Of a DNA stretch of 64,000 nt, positions 1 to 10,844 are shown one piece after another (positions within the stretch are counted from its first letter, which is position 1; each line of letters begins with the position of its first letter). Location of the stretch: the NCBI GenBank assembly GCA_039621445.1, contig CP154954.1, positions 11,133,229-11,197,228 on the forward strand, read 5' to 3'. The DNA is from Euglena gracilis. Lineage: Eukaryota. The notes under the pieces are model-generated. The model ran no database searches, was not told the DNA's origin, and saw only the letters and a list, made by a program, of their open reading frames with translations. A program made the translations under genes and the position numbers.

Positions 1-2240
1 GGCCAGCGTACTGCTGCGGGGCTGTTGGGCCAGGGTGGCGGCCATGATGGCTGCACCCAGGCGTTGGCAGGCCTTTTTGGGCCCAGAACACCGCGGTAAC
101 GCGTGTTTTCCCAGACGTTGAAAACGCCCTCCTCGAACTCCTGAACGCATGCCAGAATCGGCATACGCTGTTCGAGGATGGCCTCCGGGTGACACATCAG
201 CGGGAGGAATACCTCCCGGTCGAGGGTACCGCCAAACTGTCGCCGCAAATGTTCCTCCATGCTGATATCAGCCAGGTGCCAGTTGGGGCGCAGGTGGCCG
301 AGAATCCGACGACGAGGACCCTCGATGGCGTCACCGTAATTCGGTGGCAGGCTTTCCATACCAGGCCTATCGTCCTGGGGGTCACGGAGATGTATATACA
401 CCTCCATGACATGGGTGGTCCAGGCTCGCCACCAGAACTGCTGCAGCATAAAAATACGCTGCTTTTGGACGCGGCGACTTTTGCCCTGGACATCCGGGGC
501 GTCGCGGCACACATGCATATAAGCATGCGGCGTCCCATCTGCAGGCCCGGGTTTTCCCGAGGCGGTGGAGGACTTCCGCGCACGCCTAATCCCCAGAAGT
601 CGACAGGAAATTACTGCCGGCAGTACTTACAGCAGAGGTCTTACCTCTGCGGGTAAGCCAGGGAAACGCGCTTAACGCGGAAGGTGGAGTCGTAATGGCT
701 CACCAGCCACACCTGGAGGTTGTTGCACCACAACACCTCGATCAGGCGTTCGATGTCGGGGTGTAGTGGGTAGAATTCCTACTGCACGCCGAGGGGTCCG
801 ACTGTATGAATACAGTCGTAGATTGCCTTCAGCCTTCGGGCCAACACACGCTGGTCCCGAAATCTCAACTGGTGCAGGTAACTGCGACCAGTGGAGTCGC
901 TGAAGAGACCCCAGTTCTGGCAGGGGTATCCCAGCCAAAACCAGAGCTCCCAGAAACCTGGCTGGGTTTCCAGCAAGGGTCTGCGACCTTCACCTTCGAA
1001 GGCGTACAGATCTATCCCGTAATGGAATAGTCTGACTCGGTTCTCGCTGTGGCGTAATACCACATCGATGACTGCTTGTGGAGGGGTGACGGGGCGGTTT
1101 CCTGCAATATGGTAACCATGCTGCATTCGCCAGCCTTCGTCCTCCAGCTCCTCCTTGAACCTGAGCATATGCTCAAAGTCCGAGAGGACTTCTGCTGGTT
1201 CCTCTTCCTCCTCACGTGCTGTTCCCTTACCTTTACCCTCACCCTTCCCTTTGCCGGCCACGTCTTTGCCTTCTCCCTTGCCTTTGCCCTCAGCCCTGCC
1301 TGTGTCCTTTCCCGTCTGGGGAATACCAGAGGGTCGGGCGCTCGGTGCCGCCGGAGTCGGTTCGGTTCCTTCCCATTCCATCTCTGGGGAGGGACCTGGC
1401 CGACCCGCTGCACGTCGCGGTGACGGCGTGGCTGGGGGTTGGCTAGGAGTCTGGCGTGGGCTTGGCTTCGGCGCAGGTGGTCGCGGCTCCTTCCATACCG
1501 GAGGGAGCGGCGGTGGTGGTATTGCGGCAACAGGACGGCTCATCGCCACCTGTGCCTCTGCCGGTGGTTTTCCAGCCGGGGTATCCTGGCTGGCTTCCAC
1601 CTGCATCGCCACACCGCCTTCCGCGTCCCGTGGGCTGGGTCGCCTGGGCTGTGGGGTAAGGTTCTCCGTAGTCCTGTCGCGCTGCAGGGTGGCAGGTAAT
1701 ACTGCCACACCTGCCGGGGGCTAGCCGGGTAATACCGGGGTTGCCACCCGCAGCTGCGGCTGGTACGGATGGCATGGGGTGTATCCACGGCCTGAAGGGC
1801 AGCCAGAGAGGAGTAATACCTCGACCGGTGCTCTTCAGACACGAATACTGGCTCCTGCAGGAAGTGCCGAGCAAGCTCATCCTGCTCGGTTTCCGGAGGT
1901 GCCATGTGATAGTAGGGAGTCTCCTGCCGACGGATGATATCCGCAGTCTGGACAGGAGCTGCACTGGGCGGTCGGGCTGCCACACGGTGGGGAGGTTCAT
2001 CCTCCACCACTATGGGCTCCGCCTGCCGCCGTGGCTCAACGCCAGGGACAGGGGCGACCGGTGATGCCTGTGGAATCCAGTGCATGAACATGTGTTGGAC
2101 GTATGCCTCAGGGGGCACGTCCGACTGTCCGGCTGGGAGCATGCGTGCGCCGCGCGGGTAATCCGCGTGCGTCCCGTACTGCGAGACAAATTGCTCCGCA
2201 GGCGGCTCGCGCGGCGGCATTCGCTGCGGCGAGGGCGGGC

Positions 2241-5200
2241 TGTGGGAGGGCGGCTGGCACCAGCAAAAATTAGGAAGAGCAAAGCCTAATTCACACAAAA
2301 AATTGCCATTTCACTTTGTAGGTGGCAAAAAGCTGAATACCTTGTTCAAATCGTCTTGGAAGACTTTGTTTTGATGCCTTGCATTGGGTTTTACTGGTGG
2401 AAGTTCCGGCGGAAGGATTACAAAAAAGTGGTATTTTGAAGCGCTGAAGCCAGAAAATCCAAGTGAATTCCCAGGAAAGAGACATCTCAGAAAACTCAAG
2501 GTATTCTGGTTTGCCAAGGCATGTTGTTCAAGTATCAGTGAAAGAACCATCGAAGAAAGACATTTAGAAGTGAAATGCAGCTGGGGCTGCCAGCAGCAGG
2601 AGGAGGAATCCAAGGAGGAGGAGGAGATCAACAACCTCCAGAACCTGCAGTAAGCTGTGGTATGTACTGCTGATGGACACCCTGCTCATGCTGCAGATTG
2701 TAATTTGCAGCTGGGTGTTGGATGGTTGAAAACATTTGGAACAGATTCTGTGACAGTTTTCTGCAGTTTGTGCTTTTGTTTGGGTTGGGAGTCCGTTGCT
2801 GGAAAGTTCGGGCCACGTAGCCCCTTTTGCCACACCATTTATGGGTTGGGAGGCACTTTCCAAAAGCAAATTTGGGCCCAGCAGCCCCAGGACACACCAG
2901 GCAAAATGCGCATGTCATTTCCAGAAGTTCTGTACTGCTGTGATGGGTTGGGAGGCAAATGCTTTAGCATTTTTGGGCCCAGCAGCCCCTTATGCCACAC
3001 CACACACTGTGCAACTCAGTTTCAATTGTCCATTTGTGTTGTAAATCCTTTGGGCAGTCAATGGTACCTGATTCGGCTCGGATCAATGCACACAATTTTG
3101 GGCAGAAGAAAGTTCAACATGTCAATGTCAGAAAAAGATTTGCAGAATCCATTGTCAGAATTTCAATGTCAATTTTGGATTTTTGAAAATGTTGGTTCCT
3201 GGCCCTGCCATTTTGTGGGTGCCGCTTCAAGGGGGCCCTGCCCTGGCATTCACATTTGGCAACCCGAGCCGGCCTGGGCTTCTGGGGGGCCTTCTGGGAT
3301 AACTTGTGGTTTCTGGGGGGAAACCACAGGTTCCTCAGATGGCGTCCCAAATGGGCCCAGGAGTGGGCAAGGGGGGGTCATGGAGGGTTGTGTTGTATTG
3401 GCTGGGATTGCTGGCAGCAGCTGCTTTACGCTTTAATTGGTTTTGTTGTACATTATCTCCTCGACAGCGCCCCCCCCCACCTGAAAAAAAAAACCACCCC
3501 CAGACCAAAAATCCCCAGATCAATGCCAGCCGCCTAACTTCGTAGGTTGTCGGCATTGGCCTGGGAGGGGTGTGTGGGAGGGCGGCTGGCTACAGCAAAA
3601 ATTAGGAAGAGCAAAGCCTAATTCACACAAAAATTGCCATTTTACTTTGTAGGTGGCAATAAGCTGAATACCTTGTTCAAAACGTCTTGGAAGACTTTGT
3701 TTTGATGCCTTGCATTGGGTTTTACTGGTGGAAGTTCCGGCGGAAGGATTACAAAAAAGTGGTATTTTGAAGCGCTGAAGCCAGAAAATCCAAGTGAATT
3801 CCCAGGAAAGAGACATCTCAGAAAACTCAAGGTATTCTGGTTTGCCAAGGCATGTTGTTCAAGTATCAGTGAAAGAACCATCGAAGAAAGACACTTAGAA
3901 GTGAAATGCAGCTGGGGCTGCCAGCAGCAGGAGGAGGAATCCAAGGAGGAGGAGGAGATCAACAACCTCCAGAACCTGCAGTAAGCTGTGGTATGTACTG
4001 CTGATGGACACCCTGCTCATGCTGCAGATTGTAATTTGCAGCTGGGTGTTGGATGGTTGAAAACATTTGGAACAGATTCTGTGACAGTTTTCTGCAGTTT
4101 GTGCTTTTGTTTGGGTTGGGAGTCCGTTGCTGGAAAGTTCGGGCCACGTAGCCCCTTTTGCCACACCATTTATGGGTTGGGAGGCACTTTCCAAAAGCAA
4201 ATTTGGGCCCAGCAGCCCCAGGACACACCAGGCAAAATGCGCATGTCATTTCCAGAAGTTCTGTACTGCTGTGATGGGTTGGGAGGCAAATGCTTTAGCA
4301 TTTTTGGGCCCAGCAGCCCCTTATGCCACACCACACACTGTGCAACTCAGTTTCAATTGTCCATTTGTGTTGTAAATCCTTTGGGCAGTCAATGGTACCT
4401 GATTCGGCTCGGATCAATGCACACAATTTTGGGCAGAAGAAAGTTCAACATGTCAATGTCAGAAAAAGATTTGCAGAATCCATTGTCAGAATTTCAATGT
4501 CAATTTTGGATTTTTGAAAATGTTGGTTCCTGGCCCTGCCATTTTGTGGGTGCCGCTTCAAGGGGGCCCTGCCCTGGCATTCACATTTGGCAACCCGAGC
4601 CGGCCTGGGCTTCTGGGGGGTCTTCTGGGATAACTTGTGGTTTCTGGGGGGAAACCACAGGTTCCTCAGATGGCGTCCCAAATGGGCCCAGGAGTGGGCA
4701 AGGGGGGGTCATGGAGGGTTGTGTTGTATTGGCTGGGATTGCTGGCAGCAGCTGCTTTACGCTTTAATTGGTTTTGTTGTACATTATCTCCTCGACAGCG
4801 CCACCCCCCCCCCCACCTGAAAAAAATTACCCCCCGACTGAAAAAACCCACCCCCAAACCACCCTCCGAACCCCAACTCCCCAAGGATCAATGCCAGCCG
4901 CCTAACTTCGTAGGTTGTCGGCATTGGCCTGGGAGGGGTGTGTGGGAGGGCGGCTGGCTACAGCAAAAATTAGGAAGAGCAAAGCCTAATTCACACAAAA
5001 AAATTGCCATTTTACTTTGTAGGTGGCAATAAGCTGAATACCTTGTTCAAAACGTCTTGGAAGACTTTGTTTTGATGCCTTGCATTGGGTTTTACTGGTG
5101 GAAGTTCCGGCGGAAGGAATACAAAAAAGTGGTATTTTGAAGCGCTGAAGCCAGAAAATCCAAGTGAATTCCCAGGAAAGAGACATCTCAGAAAACTCAA

Positions 5201-5955
5201 GGTATTCTGGATTTTGGATTCTGGATTTTGGGCAGAAGAAAGTTCAACATGTCAATGTCAAAAAAAAAGATTTGCAGAATCAATTGTCAGAATTTCAATG
5301 TCAGTTTTGGATTTTGAAAATGTTGGTGCCTGGCCCTGCCATTTTGTGGGTGCCGCTTCAAGGGGGCCCTGCCCTGGCATTCACAATTGGCAACCCGAGC
5401 CAGCCTGGGCTTCTGGGGGGCCTTCTGGGATAACTTGTGGTTTCTGGGGGGAAACCACAGGTTCCTCAGATGGCGTCCCAAATGGGCCCAGGAGTGGGCA
5501 AGGGGGGGTCATGGAGGATTGTGTTGTATTGGCTGGGATTGCTGGCAGCAGCTGCTTTACGCTTTAATCGGTTTTGTTGTACATTACACAGTCGACAGCG
5601 CCCCCCCCCCTAAAAAAAAAACCACCCCCAGACCAAAATCCCCAGATCAATGCCAGCCGCCCAACTTCGTGGGTTGTCGGCATTGGCCTGGGAGGGGTGT
5701 GTGGGAGGGCGGCTGGCACCAGCAAAAATTAGGAAGAGCAAAGCCTAATTCACACAAAAAATTGCCATTTCACTTTGTAGGTGGCAAAAAGCTGAATACC
5801 TTGTTCAAATCGTCTTGGAACACTTTGTTTTGATGCCTTGCATTGGGTTTTACTGGTGGAAGTTCCGGCGGAAGGATTACAAAAAAGTGGTATTTTGAAG
5901 CGCTGAAGCCAGAAAATCCAAGTGAATTCCCAGAAAAAAGACATCTCAGAAAACT
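2241..5955 (+). mobile_element. Tandem TRIM-like non-autonomous LTR element (LTR-int-LTR-int-LTR-short int-LTR), copy in the duplicated segment
   Basis: Four ~256-bp LTRs (2241-2496, 3573-3827, 4941-5197, 5700-5955) start TGTGGG and end AAAACT. PPT GGGAGGGG precedes LTR2-4. TSD GGGC (2237-2240/5956-5959). The empty site is present in element B near 46505. Confidence 0.92.
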
Positions 5956-6775
5956 GGGCGAGCAAAAATTTTCGTCATCCCAGGTGGGACATGCACAGCC
6001 TCACCTACCGGTGGGGGCGTGTGCTCACGCATATGCACGGTGTGGGATCCCACCGGCGTCTGCGTTTGCAGCATGGGCGGCACATACATGCCCAGGTCCA
6101 TCATTGTCTCGCCAGGCTCGAATCTGGAATCGGATGCCGACGAGAAATACCGTCTCCCCGTCATCAGGACTTGACCACAGGGACACCACTGAGCCACAGG
6201 CGTGTTGGCTACCACCAACAACGGAGCACAGTATGCATCCCAAAGGGCTTGCATAAAGGGCTCCGTTGGGGGTGTGCGCACATACGCATCGCCCGCTCCA
6301 ACGTCTCCATAGTGCGGAAGATCATCTCTCCCGTATACGGGGGCAGGCGCGATCTGCGCTGCGCTGGTGGCTGACGTGCCGGCTGCTGGACGGCAGATGG
6401 ATATGGTACCGCATATGCGGACCGGCTGCTGGTAGCCGCGGCGAATACCAGGGCTGAAACCCTCTCAGCATATGGGGCACCCGGAATCGGGGCCTCAGTT
6501 TACTGAGGGTACTGGGGGTATGGCTCGCCAGAAGGCTGCGGCCATGGTGGACCTGGTCCAGGTCCGCGCCCAGGCAGCAGGATGCTACCCGAACGACGAC
6601 GACAACTAAGGGTGACCTTGTTGTCAGTCGCTTTGAGTGCTGGTGCACTGAAAAAGGAAGGCTTCTATCTTAATCAAAAACTCTGCGAGAAAGATAGAGA
6701 AAGAAGGAAGTGCAGGGGGGGTATAAACGCGAAACATTCACGTAAAACACACGCATTCTCCAAAACGAAATCGTT

Positions 6776-8431
6776 TCAGAAAGTGTTTATGTTATTGCGC
6801 TTGTTCCACAGCTTCCAATCCTGCTGGATATATCCAACAAAACTGGATGCTGGCTCCCAAGTGTCCTCCTCTGGTCCATACCCTTTCCAGCGAGCTTTCC
6901 AGTAGTGCACACCCCTGTCGACCTTGTGGTCTATTATCCTATCGACCACAAAGTCGTCCGTTTCAGGTAATCTGGAACGGGGCTTGAAATACAGGCAGGG
7001 GATAGCTTTTCCGTCTGGGGGGCTTAGGTACGGTTTGAAGTCGTCCATATGTGTTGAAGTTTTGTAAAAACTATTTCCGTTTGTTGGAATGAATTTCTGT
7101 GATACGTGATTGGACTGCAGAGCGGAGTGATTCCACTTCTGCAAACCACGTTTCACAGCTGACGCTACTTCGGGCGGGTTTCTCCGAAGGGACATCCCCT
7201 ATGGCCGGAGGGTCCCGTCCGAAAACAATTTTGTACGGCGAGTGTGGTAATACCAACCCTGGCAAGGTATTGATGTAAAATAAACACCAATGAAGAACGG
7301 ATAACCAATTCTTACCCGAGTTGGCCAGTGAAAGGCGAAGCATATTGACAACGGATTTCACGGCTGCCTCGGCTCTACCATTGCCTTTCGGGCGGTATAT
7401 AATGGAAAAATGCTGCTCAATGCCGAGTAAACCGCACAAAGTTGTGAAAAACCGCGAAGAGATCAAGTGATCTTGATCACTCACAATTTCGTTCGGTAAA
7501 CCCATTAAGCAGATACATTTCTCCGGGAATATGGATGCCAGAATTTGGGCTGTCAACCCTGCTTTCCGGCATGGAATGGCTACAATGTACCCACTCAGCC
7601 GACAGACGACAACAAAAATTGTAAATTTTGTCATCTGATCCTTTGCAAGGTTCAAGTTCGAGAAAGTCCATGCAGAGGGACGTAAAAGTGTCTGGTGGTA
7701 CGGGGAAAAAGTCCATCGTACCAGGGGGGGTACCTCAGCGCGGTTTCACAGCCTGGCAAAATTGGCACCGTTGCGAAATTCGCAAACAGCGCGAATATAA
7801 ATCTTTTTCACTCAGGGTTGTGCCATATCTGCGACCCACTAGTGAAAGAAGTTTGGGGGCCCCAGGGTGACGAATGTTGTGATACCTCAAAATCACATCA
7901 TCAACCAGGTCTTGGGGTATACAATATTTATAACCGGAAACATTCCGGAAAATAAGCCGCAATGGTGATAGAGAGTAATTCTCTATGGATTCACCATTAC
8001 GAAGTCTATTCACAATGGTACTATATATAGGGTCACGCGAATATTCCCATTCGCGGAGAAATAGGGGGGTAGGAGTTTCCGTACGCGTAATGCGACGGGG
8101 TGCGGCAGTGCGTCCACGCCGGCGCCTTCCACGCAATGGTGAAATGGCGATGCTGCGATATACCCGGGAAACGGGTAGTGAACCGAGCATGTTGTCCGCA
8201 GCGTCGGATCGACGTGCGAACTGGTCAGCCTCATGGCTGCCATGAAAAGTCGCATCACCCTCATCCGGGTTCCCAGGATAATACCAGGGGGCTCGGCTGA
8301 GAGGATCCGCAACGTTTTGCGTGTGACCTGGGGTATAGATAACCACCAGGTTAAACTGGCTCAAGAACTCATGCCATCGGCATCTTCTGCCAACTGATGA
8401 CATGGCCTTGTTTAGGTCCTCTGTATACCAG
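6776..8431 (-). pseudogene. pol: Gypsy pol 3' part (RNase H end, integrase, chromodomain), duplicate copy
   Basis: HNIRH...CQFC zinc motif, MDF/SDQD/RAE catalytic triad, chromodomain FVVDRIIDHK...YWKARWKGYGPEEDTWEP; frameshifted. Confidence 0.88.
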
Positions 8432-8444
8432 NNNNNNNNNNNNN
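8432..8444. other. Assembly gap (13 N)
   Basis: Run of 13 N. Confidence 0.99.
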
Positions 8445-10844
8445 CCAAAACTCGCAAAATGGGTTTTTCACCTATCTGCGGTGGCTTATGGGGTATAAGA
8501 TATTATAGCCTACTGGGGAAAATGGGGCTGGCAGGTTTCCTTGCCAAGCAAACCCATCCACCCAGTTTGGGTGTGCCCAAGGCACTTGGTTTGGGTCCAT
8601 GGGCATTCCAGGAAAACCCATGGGGGGGTGTGGAAGGAGGGGGCCTCTGACCAGTCAAACCTGGGCAGGGCGCATGGCCAGTCAATCCTGACCACGCAAA
8701 AGGAAATCCTACTCTACAAAACCAACTGCCGGCGACAGCATTTGTCCGGGGGGAGAGTAGAGAGGAGTGGGTGGGTTGGCTTAGGCCAGAAAAGTGCTGT
8801 CTGGCAGCCTTAAGGCCTCAAACGGGCCGAGAACAAAACAAAGGGAAAGAAACGAGGCCGTCGGCCCTGTGCGCTGCGTGTCGCACGCCCGCGAGAGGGG
8901 AGAGGGGAGAGGGGTGTGCATGCATGCGCACGGAATCCTGCACATGGCAGCATCCCGGTGGGAACTTACTAGCGGCGAATACCGCAAAGGGTCTTCGAAG
9001 GGGTTGTTCGGGCGAATACCCAAAAAGGGTGTCAGGCGAATACCTGACGAGGGTGCTGAAAGACGCCGCATTGGCGCTCACAGACACCTCACCTGCCTTT
9101 ATCGGCTGGACGTTCGCGCACCTCACGCCAGTAGTCGTGTTGGGGGTCCCCTAATGGGTCCTCAACCAACTCCAGTTGGCGTGGGGAACGCGGCACTGAT
9201 TCACTCCGGATGGTGTTGAGCTCCGGATCGTTGGCATCAAAGGAAGGGGTCTCCCAGTCCTTGATCCAATTATCCGGCAGCTTCTCCCTGGTACGTTCAG
9301 CATGATGCTGAAGATACCGTTGGAGCTGCTCCCAGAAAATTCTGGGCAGCATCACCGGCCAGATGATGTAATTCATCCGGGGGTGATTCGCAGGCACCTG
9401 CGGGGGCATCCCCGGGGTCTGCTTGAAGTTGATGTCATACATCCACCTCGCTGTCCGAGCTCTTGCGGTATGGGGCCGTAATACAGCCGCCAACCAACCT
9501 CTGAAGTCCACCAAATCGTGTTCTTCAGGATTCCACAGTGGCAAGGCGTATTCACCATGTTGACGCTTTGAGAACAGGGTGTAATCCTGTGTGTCCCAGT
9601 CCCGATCGGCCAAGAGGTAAGGCATTCTTACCTTGGCGTGTTCCTCGACGGCTAGGCGCATTGCCCCAGCGTCGATCTGGAACTCCCGGGCCATTCCCGT
9701 GTGGCGGTAGCTTTCTATCAGTCGGAAGTCGGAGTGTTTCAGGCGGCCTTCCACCTGTTCGTACTCCTTCTTCCACTTCTCCATTGGCTCCCAGTGGTGG
9801 GGGACAATGGTGGTGACTGCTCCATCAGCAGTCTGCACGAACTTGGCCCCTATACAGTTGATGCACAAGACAGGGATATCCCTGTCGTGAGCATTCTCAC
9901 TGTAGGAGTAGTTCAAGCTGTGCTTCAAGGCGGTCAGGCACTCGCCACATACGAGCGCCACACAGTTCGGCACATATGCCCTGTGATGGAACCACGAGGA
10001 TTGCACCTGCCGCTTGCACACATGCACAAGCGGTTGGTTGTGCCGCACATGGTGGCACACGGTGCACGTCCAGGCAAAGGACGTGCCGTGCTGGAAATCC
10101 AACACGCAGTCCTCACCAAAGTACTGTGCCAGTACTCTGGGTGAGCGCCTATTCCAGAATGTCCAGGTATGTTCCGGGACATAGTGGAAAGGTTCTCCTC
10201 GGACGAAGAGGGGCTGAATCCATCGATTCAGTGACCCTTTCTGGTGCCTAATAGCAGCCAGTTTCTTCGTCCCTCTCTTCCACGGTGCCTAGTCTGGTCA
10301 GGATATCCTGAGTCCAGAGCTGGGCATCCGCAGACACAGGAAGTGAAGCAGGTTCATCCTGCTCCTCATCCGTCGATCCGGCGGAAGACTGGGCCTGTCG
10401 ACCACGAGCCTTACCTTTCGGTTTGCTCTGGCCGTACCCGGACGATGCAACGGCCGAATAGTCGTGCATTGTCGTAGGGCCTTTCGGCTGTCCGCCAGTC
10501 TGACCTCCAGCGCCACCTTTCGGTGGTGGTTTCCCATCACCGCCTTTGGCAGGGGGCTTACAGGGTGCAGCACCCAGTTTGCCTCCTTTCGGCTTCGCAC
10601 TCCCGGAATCAGGAGGCGATGCCTGCGGCTTACTCCTGGTATCAGGAGCCGATGGTGCCGGAGTAGACGCTTGCCGTCTGGGCGAAGCGGGCATGATGGC
10701 CGCTGCGTCACGCGTGACGCCCCGAGGAGTGGGCACTCGTTCCTGGGGTTGTTCAGTCTGCCGCCGCCGAGCAGGTTCATCCCGTCCGACGGGGCGTGGC
10801 ACTGTGGTCGTTACCGGAATCGGTGCTTCCACAGGTGCTGATAC

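Larger units (their letters stand above)
1..8431. repeat. Near-identical duplicate of 13423-21819 (part of Gypsy element A), ending at an N gap; likely assembly overlap
   Basis: Same sequence and ORF set at an offset of about 13.4 kb. The differences seen are mainly in homopolymer or short-repeat tracts (e.g. ~1505-1520, 4801-4885). Confidence 0.93.

Noticed and set aside
2657-3436. 259-aa ORF and repeats of it in the TRIM internal region
   Set aside because: No recognisable motif, non-ATG start, partly deleted in unit 3; long open frames are expected in TpA-poor DNA
4801-4885. Extra C/A-rich sequence in the first TRIM array
   Set aside because: Garbled homopolymer tract absent from the duplicate at ~18225-18275; likely a consensus error
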